A stretch of DNA of 64,000 nt from an uncultured Candidatus Saccharibacteria bacterium (GTDB lineage: Bacteria > Patescibacteriota > Saccharimonadia > Saccharimonadales > UBA4665): assembly GCA_964574915.1 (NCBI GenBank), contig CAZNOW010000002.1, forward strand, positions 32,328 to 96,327. Reading direction: 5' to 3'. The notes beneath the pieces were generated by a model. The model made no database searches and had not been told where the DNA came from. It was given only the letters and a program-made list of their open reading frames with translations. Shown here one piece after another: positions 8,351 to 14,279 of this stretch; the first letter of the stretch is position 1; the number at the start of each line of letters is the position of its first letter. The translations under genes were made by a program, and so were the position numbers.

Positions 8351-8715
8351 TGAATCTTTTGCCAAAAGCATAGCTTATAGCCATCAGGATCTTTTAGGAT
8401 AAACTCTCGATTACCCCAATCCCAATCCTTTGGTTCTGTAGCTGGTTTAAGCCCTGAACTGACTAGCTCTTTGTACTTTAAGTCAACATTATCAACACTG
8501 ATGTAAAGATACATTCCTCGACCCTTATCTGTAGACATTGAATCTTTTGAAAATATCTCTTCGTCACGCATATTAACTAATGTAATTTCAAAACCAGATA
8601 ATGACACTACAGAGTGGGTATCATCGGACTCTTTAACTTCAAAGCTAAGCTTCTTGTAAAATTTCTCTGAAAGCTTATTCTCCTGAACCCACAGCAGTAA
8701 ACTTGTTATTTTCAT
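8347..8715 (-). CDS. VOC family protein (glyoxalase/bleomycin-resistance fold)
   Basis: 122 aa with the typical size and pattern: FYKKLSFEV, then W..REFILKDPDGYKLCFWQ at the C-terminus. Confidence 0.7.
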   Translation of the reverse strand: MKITSLLLWVQENKLSEKFYKKLSFEVKESDDTHSVVSLSGFEITLVNMRDEEIFSKDSMSTDKGRGMYLYISVDNVDLKYKELVSSGLKPATEPKDWDWGNREFILKDPDGYKLCFWQKIQ

Positions 8716-8782
8716 ACAGCTATTGTCTAACAGAAGTAAATGGATTCAAAGTTATATTTACAACAATGTGACGTAGGTAAGA

Positions 8783-8812
8783 TAGCACACCTGCCCGAAC
8801 AATGTTCGGACA
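8783..8812 (-). repeat. cassette-flanking direct repeat, copy R8
   Basis: Plus strand TAGCACACCTGCCCGAACAATGTTCGGACA. Contains the palindrome CCGAAC-AAT-GTTCGG. A TCTAAC module lies at 8726..8731. Confidence 0.6.
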
Positions 8813-8846
8813 ATTCTTTTGTTGACTGATTTAACCTATATAAGGC

Positions 8847-9563
8847 TTAAAAGGGTGGTTGCTCTTCCCCGCAAGACTCATCGAATACTAACCAGCTGGC
8901 ATTCGCTAGGTATTCAGGGAAGCCCTCAGGGTCAATTTTCGGATATTGTGTTCTTGCCTCATCTATATAATAATTTCTCCACCACTTGTAGCCTTGCGGA
9001 CTTTTTTCTTTCAACAACTCAATCGCCTCGCGGCCTAGCACTGAAACACCGGGTTCCTGTTGACCGCGGACTGGTAAAGTAACACCAACCCATTCTTTAC
9101 GGATTTCCTCGGGGGCAAACCCGGGTGGTGTGCTGGTGATGGCAAATTGCCAGCGGGCTGGAGCAATATCATCAAGACGTGCTCGCAGGCGGTCAAAGTC
9201 TGGGGTTAGCCAGTCGCCGCTGAGTTGTAATAATCTACTAATATCATCTGGGCTTGGTGGTGAATATGAATCTCGCATGTTGGGCTGACGTCGTAATATG
9301 GGCAGATTCTTGCGGGTGGCAACTATACCCTGTCTGGCGGCATTAAGCAGCACTCTGCCTAGAAATTCTTCCATGAGCTCGTCATGTTCCTGAAGTCCCC
9401 ATTCACCGCTCATTAGGTGATGTAATATATGATAGGCACCAACCCTATGAGTGCCTTGTGTTTTATAGCTGACACCTGTATCTGGCATTATCTCAGGGGT
9501 TAATATGTTAGCTATAGATTCGTCCTTCATTTGTCCAGCACTGTGCCTACTCATCAATTTCAC
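8847..9563 (-). CDS. hypothetical protein
   Basis: 238 aa ORF with no motif recognised. By eye it looks richer in G+C than neighbouring cassettes. Confidence 0.5.
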   Translation of the reverse strand: MKLMSRHSAGQMKDESIANILTPEIMPDTGVSYKTQGTHRVGAYHILHHLMSGEWGLQEHDELMEEFLGRVLLNAARQGIVATRKNLPILRRQPNMRDSYSPPSPDDISRLLQLSGDWLTPDFDRLRARLDDIAPARWQFAITSTPPGFAPEEIRKEWVGVTLPVRGQQEPGVSVLGREAIELLKEKSPQGYKWWRNYYIDEARTQYPKIDPEGFPEYLANASWLVFDESCGEEQPPF

Positions 9564-9673
9564 TCCCCGATATTGTTAGTCATAATTTTATATGTAAGAT
9601 AAATCAATGCAAGCAGCAGCATTTTGTCCGAGCTTCTAACCAGGCCTAACTAAATTAATAGATACAAAAATCG

Positions 9674-9703
9674 TGGTACACCACGCTGAACGATGTTCGG
9701 ACC
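9674..9703 (-). repeat. cassette-flanking direct repeat, copy R9 (extended unit about 9632..9703)
   Basis: Plus strand TGGTACACCACGCTGAACGATGTTCGGACC. Upstream module GCTTCTAACCAGGCCTAAC. Confidence 0.8.
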
Positions 9704-9891
9704 ACCTATCTTGCGAGGATTGTTTGACTTAACCTAAACTCTAAACGATTTCAGGATTTGAGTTAAGTGACAGAGTGGTTGGTGGTGTTGTGGAGGATTG
9801 AGAGCCCTAGCGGCGGGGAGCAATGACACACTTGTGTCTATGCTATGGGCAAACCCACGACCCCGCCACTTTTTGGGCAACCCTCAAGGGA

Positions 9892-10281
9892 TCAGAAGTA
9901 AGCAACCCACCCTAGGTCACTGTAGCTGAAGATGTTCTCCATTGTTGTTTCCAGTCGATCGTCGTCTGACCAAGGGTTTAACTCTTCTCCGAAGAGGACT
10001 ACCGCCAATCTGCCGATGGGGAGGACGTGCTCTTCAATCCACCGTCTGATCAGCTCTTCAAGCGCATGATCTGAAAGGAAGCCTTTATTGGATTCAACTG
10101 GTGTCAGTTTGGCCGCTGATGCCTCCTTGTGGAATACCCCACCTTCTTCAAGGGAGAAAACTTCGGATGGGATGCGTACGATCTTGGGCCTCACACCTTT
10201 CCGCAACAGTTTCAGACGAGTTGTCTGATACTGCTTGCTGCTGACGCTGCCGATGCACAGAATAACGTTACGCTGTGGCAC
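9892..10281 (-). CDS. hypothetical protein (GTG start)
   Basis: 129 aa. GTG at 10279..10281 is preceded by GGAGG about 10 nt upstream (minus sense GGAGGCAGCCTACCGTG). G+C-rich relative to its surroundings. Confidence 0.5.
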   Translation of the reverse strand: MPQRNVILCIGSVSSKQYQTTRLKLLRKGVRPKIVRIPSEVFSLEEGGVFHKEASAAKLTPVESNKGFLSDHALEELIRRWIEEHVLPIGRLAVVLFGEELNPWSDDDRLETTMENIFSYSDLGWVAYF

Positions 10282-10464
10282 GGTAGGCTGCCTCCTAATA
10301 ACTGCAACTGGAATCTCCAGTTTAGCTAGCAGCCTGCAAAGTATCTTAAGTTACAGACTATTAGCCAAACTAGAGTATCCACTCTGTCAATGTTCTTCGG
10401 AGATAGAGATATCCACCTCAACGAATTATAACTACTTTAGCATAATAACTATCAACAGTCAAAT

Positions 10465-10494
10465 TGGTACACCATAATAGAGTAGGTTCGAACT
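10465..10494 (-). repeat. cassette-flanking direct repeat, copy R10
   Basis: Plus strand TGGTACACCATAATAGAGTAGGTTCGAACT. This copy is closest to the tRNA-Arg 3' end (TGGTAC.CC head and TTCGAAC T-loop block). Confidence 0.75.
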
Positions 10495-10527
10495 TGTAAT
10501 AATTTATTTTCAATCAAAAATGATGAC

Positions 10528-11115
10528 TTAATTAGATAAATATTTCTTTTTCCAATTTTCAAGTTCTTCAATTGTTTTAACATTCCCTTGGAGGACAGCT
10601 TTATAAATCATGACAGAGTAAAATCCATTAGGATAGCGCCCCTGTTCGATGAGGTTTGCTTTTAAAAATATTATCGTATCTTTTTGAGATTCTGTGAGCT
10701 TACTATCCCAACCAACATAAAAGTTTTCTGCATCTAGTTGGTCTTCGGGTTTCATTACATGTGCATCAATTTGCCAAAGTACATTTTGCCATATTGGTTT
10801 AAACCCAATATAAAGACTTTTAGGGACATTGACATCCTTAGGCCAAATATACTGATTATGTATAGATACTTTACCAACCCCATCCATTAACATAATTTTG
10901 CTTGCAATATTCACCAAAGATTCAAGTGTCGGATTTGAATTGTAAATCAGAAAATCAATGTCGGGCTTAGCCATTAATCCATATCGAAAACTTCCGACTC
11001 TATGTATTTCACCCAGAGGTTTTAATAATTCTTCAACGTGATAATGGTCTAATATCTTTTGGGCAGTAGCCTGCAAATTTGCTTGATTTCTTTTAGCTTC
11101 CTCAAGTGTAATCAT
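10528..11115 (-). CDS. Pol-beta-superfamily nucleotidyltransferase-domain protein
   Basis: 195 aa. GSFRYGLMAKPDIDFLIY fits the G[SG]-x9-13-DxD nucleotidyltransferase signature. Confidence 0.55.
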   Translation of the reverse strand: MITLEEAKRNQANLQATAQKILDHYHVEELLKPLGEIHRVGSFRYGLMAKPDIDFLIYNSNPTLESLVNIASKIMLMDGVGKVSIHNQYIWPKDVNVPKSLYIGFKPIWQNVLWQIDAHVMKPEDQLDAENFYVGWDSKLTESQKDTIIFLKANLIEQGRYPNGFYSVMIYKAVLQGNVKTIEELENWKKKYLSN

Positions 11116-11179
11116 GGATTAATCATAGCAAAAACCAACAAATAAAATCTCAGAAGGAGCCTCTAATAACGCTTAAGCT

Positions 11180-11211
11180 TGGTACAGCGTAGTCCGAGAA
11201 GTCAGAAACTC
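11180..11211 (-). repeat. cassette-flanking direct repeat, copy R11 (subfamily ending AAACTC)
   Basis: Plus strand TGGTACAGCGTAGTCCGAGAAGTCAGAAACTC, preceded by CCTCTAATAAC. Confidence 0.75.
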
Positions 11212-11283
11212 TATTATGGCTGATTGTTATGTCGAACTATACGGTTATTAAAGAGATAGATTGTGTCTAGTTACCTACCTATA

Positions 11284-11511
11284 CTAGAGGTGGCTAATTA
11301 GTTCTTCGACTGTAATTCCTAAAGGATTGAGTATACCTTTCTTAAGGGTGCCTGGTTTAATTACTTTATGGTTTGGAATAATAGCAGTTCTACCTTTATT
11401 ATCTTTCATCTTGATATGACTACCTTTTTGGCTGACTTTAGTAAAACCCATTTTCTGTAGGGTTTTAATTAATTCATTGGCTGATAGTACTGGTTGCCTA
11501 GGCATGAGCAA
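11284..11511 (-). CDS. hicA: type II toxin HicA (mRNA interferase)
   Basis: 75 aa. LQKMGFTKVSQKGSHIKM...IPNH...LKKGIL is the HicA/YcfA signature. Overlaps hicB by 14 nt. Confidence 0.85.
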   Translation of the reverse strand: MLMPRQPVLSANELIKTLQKMGFTKVSQKGSHIKMKDNKGRTAIIPNHKVIKPGTLKKGILNPLGITVEELISHL

Positions 11512-11743
11512 GTTTAACGGGTACTACGAATTGACGTTTGTAGTCATAGTCGTTAGTAGCTTCTATTGCTGGGCTATCTTCTAAATAGAGTTCAATGGCT
11601 TCTTTAATGTTCTCAAGTGCTTCTTCAATAGTTTCTCCTTGTGAAGCACAGCCTGGCAGGTCAGGAACCCACACAGAATAACCACCGTCCTTTTCTTCCT
11701 GAAAGACTGCTTGATATTCAACTGATGAACGACTAATTTTCAT
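11498..11743 (-). CDS. hicB: HicB-family antitoxin (UPF0150 N-terminal domain only)
   Basis: 81 aa. YQAVFQEEKDGGYSVWVPDLPGCASQGETIEEALENIKEAIELYLE is the HicB-like fold motif. Confidence 0.8.
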   Translation of the reverse strand: MKISRSSVEYQAVFQEEKDGGYSVWVPDLPGCASQGETIEEALENIKEAIELYLEDSPAIEATNDYDYKRQFVVPVKLAHA

Positions 11744-11752
11744 ACTTTATAT

Positions 11753-11784
11753 TATAACACCGTAGTCTGAGAAGTAAGAGACTC
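11753..11784 (-). repeat. cassette-flanking direct repeat, copy R12 (subfamily ending GACTC)
   Basis: Plus strand TATAACACCGTAGTCTGAGAAGTAAGAGACTC. Very similar to R11. Lies 10 nt upstream of the hicB start and between hicB and the divergent NUDIX gene. Confidence 0.7.
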
Positions 11785-11835
11785 CATAATTAATGATTTA
11801 AGTGTCTTTCTTTCTTCTGCCTTATAATTGTATTC

Positions 11836-12300
11836 ATGAAACAGGCAACTCTTCTTTTCCTGTTAGATGACAGTCGAATACTCTTAGCTATGAAAAAACG
11901 TGGGTTTGGAGTAGGAAGATGGAATGGCGTTGGTGGGAAGCCAGATAAAGAAGAAGCTATCGATAAAGCTGCTGTTCGAGAATGCCAAGAAGAGATTAAT
12001 GTTACACCTAAAGATATCATAGAGGTAGCAACCCTCAATTTTTATTTTCCTGATAATAAGAAAGAATGGGACCAACAGGTGATTGTATTTACCTGTAAAA
12101 CTTGGAGTGGAGAACCTACAGAGACCGAAGAGATGTCTCCCCAATGGTTTCAGATAAATGAAATCCCTTACGATAAAATGTGGTCAGACGACAAGTATTG
12201 GCTACCGAAAGTTATTGAAGGTAAATATGTGAAAGCTGACTTTCATTTTGACGACAATGATAATTTACTGAAATATAACATAAAGCCCCAACAGGATTAG
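11836..12300 (+). CDS. NUDIX hydrolase (MutT/MTH1-like), second paralog
   Basis: MKKRGFGVGRWNGVGGKPDKEEAIDKAAVRECQEEINV closely parallels [38 protein letters not shown] in 3831..4328. Confidence 0.8.
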   Translation: MKQATLLFLLDDSRILLAMKKRGFGVGRWNGVGGKPDKEEAIDKAAVRECQEEINVTPKDIIEVATLNFYFPDNKKEWDQQVIVFTCKTWSGEPTETEEMSPQWFQINEIPYDKMWSDDKYWLPKVIEGKYVKADFHFDDNDNLLKYNIKPQQD

Positions 12301-12392
12301 AACTAATCTCAATCTGTTAACAAAAAATAGAGATGAAAGATAAGAAATATCAGAACCGTCTGAAAAGTGTATTAGAGACTAAATTCCTATGT

Positions 12393-12470
12393 GGTACGCC
12401 CGATAGGATTCGAACCTACGACCTCATCCTCCGCAAGGATGCGCTCTAATCCAGCTGAGCTACGGGCGCG
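12393..12470 (-). tRNA. tRNA-Arg (anticodon GCG), CCA encoded
   Basis: Minus strand GCGCCCGTAGCTCAGCTGGATTAGAGCGCATCCTTGCGGAGGATGAGGTCGTAGGTTCGAATCCTATCGGGCGTACCA. Acceptor stem of 7 bp with G1-U72. D arm GCTC/GAGC. Anticodon stem CATCC/GGATG with loop TTGCGGA. T arm GTAGG-TTCGAAT-CCTAT. Confidence 0.9.
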
Positions 12471-12582
12471 AGTATTACAACAGAGGTAATCCTAACATAT
12501 TAATTCTTTACTTTCCACCTTGTATCCAAATGTTACTACCTAACTTAATCTGATAGAATAATTGTGCATCAATTTGTAATCA

Positions 12583-12673
<91 letters not shown>

Positions 12674-12689
12674 ATATAAGGTTTAGCTT

Positions 12690-13085
12690 ATGCCTGATTC
12701 AATATTTACAAAAATTATCAAAGGTGAAATTCCCTGTTATAAGATATACGAAGACGAAAGCACCCTTGCCTTTTTAGATATCCACCCAATCCTGCCAGGG
12801 CACACTTTAGTAGTCCCTAAAAAACAGGTTGAATTTGTTTGGGATTTGAGTAACAAAGATTACCTCGCGCTTATGGCAACAGCCAAACTTGTAGCCCAGC
12901 GCTTAAGACATGTATTCCCTGAAAAAACTCGGGTGGCGATGATAATTGAGGGGTTAGATGTAGCCCATGCACATTTAAAGATATTCCCCTTTAATACTGA
13001 TAGTGAATTTCGTAATACACCCGATTTAACTGCTGAGCCAGATCATAAAATGCTAATGGATATTGCCAGTAAGTTGGCATTCTGA
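12690..13085 (+). CDS. HIT family protein
   Basis: N-terminal IFTKIIKGEIPCYKIYEDE and a histidine-triad region in which the usual HxHxHxx reads AHAHLKIF, so the third His is Lys. Confidence 0.8.
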   Translation: MPDSIFTKIIKGEIPCYKIYEDESTLAFLDIHPILPGHTLVVPKKQVEFVWDLSNKDYLALMATAKLVAQRLRHVFPEKTRVAMIIEGLDVAHAHLKIFPFNTDSEFRNTPDLTAEPDHKMLMDIASKLAF

Positions 13086-13097
13086 TTTGATATAAGA

Positions 13098-13280
13098 ATG
13101 TCATCTTTTATCGTTGCCCTAGTATGTGCTATCGGTGCCGGAGTTTTTACATGGTCTCAGCTGGAGCGAGTTTCCGGTAACGCCGACCCCAAGAAAATTA
13201 TTATTAGCTCGGCAATCAGCGGCTTAATTGTTTTTATCTTTCTTTTCACCTTACTCAAGTGGATGCTCCATATCGGTTAA
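13098..13280 (+). CDS. small two-TM membrane protein
   Basis: 60 aa with two hydrophobic helices. No other support. Confidence 0.35.
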   Translation: MSSFIVALVCAIGAGVFTWSQLERVSGNADPKKIIISSAISGLIVFIFLFTLLKWMLHIG

Positions 13281-13409
13281 TCTTCCTTAAGCCCGCCATT
13301 TCATACTAAGTAACTTCAATTTTAGGCTCGTAGTTGGTACTATAAGGCTATAATTAAGGACGGGAATTGATTACTGGCGTGAGCCAAGGAGTTTTTATGG
13401 GGGTGGTAG

Positions 13410-14270
13410 ATGAGTCAGATCAGTGAAAAAAATATGGGTGCTAAATTACAACTTGCCCGCCAAAAAGCCGGTCTGACTCAGCAGGCTCTCTGTCAGAAGG
13501 CGGGACTGAGTTACTCGACTTTGGCCAAGATTGAACGAGGCGCCATCAAATCACCTTCCATTTTTACGATCCAGAGCATTGCGGCGGCTATTGGAGTTGG
13601 GCTAGATGAGTTAATTGGCGTGCCGCAGATTAATGCTCATAAACGCCGATTACACTCTAAAAGCGGTGTTAATTTTGTGTATTTCGATATTAACGGTTGT
13701 CTGGTTCATTTTTATCATCAAGCTTTTACTAAAATAGCCATTGATTGTGACCAACCTTCAGATGTAGTGGAAACGGCCTTTTGGCATTACAACGACCAGA
13801 TATGTCGAGGTGAAATTACAACCGCGGAATTTAATCGGGCAATGGGTGAGCGTTTATTTATGCCTAGCTTTGACTGGGATAAATACTATTTGTCAGCTGT
13901 TAAACCGGTACCGCATATGAAAGAGTTGATTAGCTGGGTTGATAAATATTACGGCGTTGGGCTTTTAACCAACATCATGCCCGGATTAATCGAGCAGCTA
14001 CGTCAACGAAACATAATTCCAAACATTCCCTACGATGTGGTTATCGACTCCTCTGAGGTACATATCCTAAAGCCAGAAAAGAAGATTTACGAGCTAGCCA
14101 TAGAGCATGCTAACACCTCGTCAAATGAAATATTATTCGTAGATGATGCGCGAACAAATTTAATGGCTGCCGAAAAATTTGGCTGGCACGTACTTTGGTT
14201 TGATGATCTTCACCCCGACGAATCGATTGCTCATATCCGCGAAGCACTCGAGCCGGCCGAAGAATCATAG
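13410..14270 (+). CDS. XRE-type HTH domain fused to a HAD-superfamily hydrolase domain
   Basis: N-terminal LQLARQKAGLTQQALCQKAGLSYSTLAKIERG. C-terminal HAD motifs: VYFDINGCL (DxD-like position), LLTN, K, and FVDDARTN. Confidence 0.7.
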   Translation: MSQISEKNMGAKLQLARQKAGLTQQALCQKAGLSYSTLAKIERGAIKSPSIFTIQSIAAAIGVGLDELIGVPQINAHKRRLHSKSGVNFVYFDINGCLVHFYHQAFTKIAIDCDQPSDVVETAFWHYNDQICRGEITTAEFNRAMGERLFMPSFDWDKYYLSAVKPVPHMKELISWVDKYYGVGLLTNIMPGLIEQLRQRNIIPNIPYDVVIDSSEVHILKPEKKIYELAIEHANTSSNEILFVDDARTNLMAAEKFGWHVLWFDDLHPDESIAHIREALEPAEES

Positions 14271-14279
14271 CCTTACATC

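Noticed and set aside
9824-9919. 31-codon plus-strand ORF (MTHLCLCYGQTHDPATFW...) in the GC-rich spacer
   Set aside because: It is short, has no SD, and overlaps the inverted repeats that better explain the sequence. It also runs into the 3' end of the minus-strand gene.
2289-11784. Regularly recurring ~30-nt repeats could suggest a CRISPR array
   Set aside because: The intervals are 0.35-1.5 kb and contain complete protein-coding genes. The copies are imperfect, with variable middles. No cas genes or leader are present. This is not a CRISPR array.
11790-12144. Two minus-strand ORFs (82 and 86 aa) that would continue the minus-strand cassette pattern
   Set aside because: They are antisense to a NUDIX gene with a clear Nudix box on the plus strand, and their translations are low-complexity.
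1776-12392. Canonical integron (intI, attI, attC cassettes)
   Set aside because: No tyrosine recombinase gene or attI-like region is present in the window. I could not fold the repeats into an R''-L''/L'-R' attC hairpin by eye. The best RYYYAAC/GTTRRRY matches lie on the strand opposite to the ORFs. It is kept as integron-like only (see findings).
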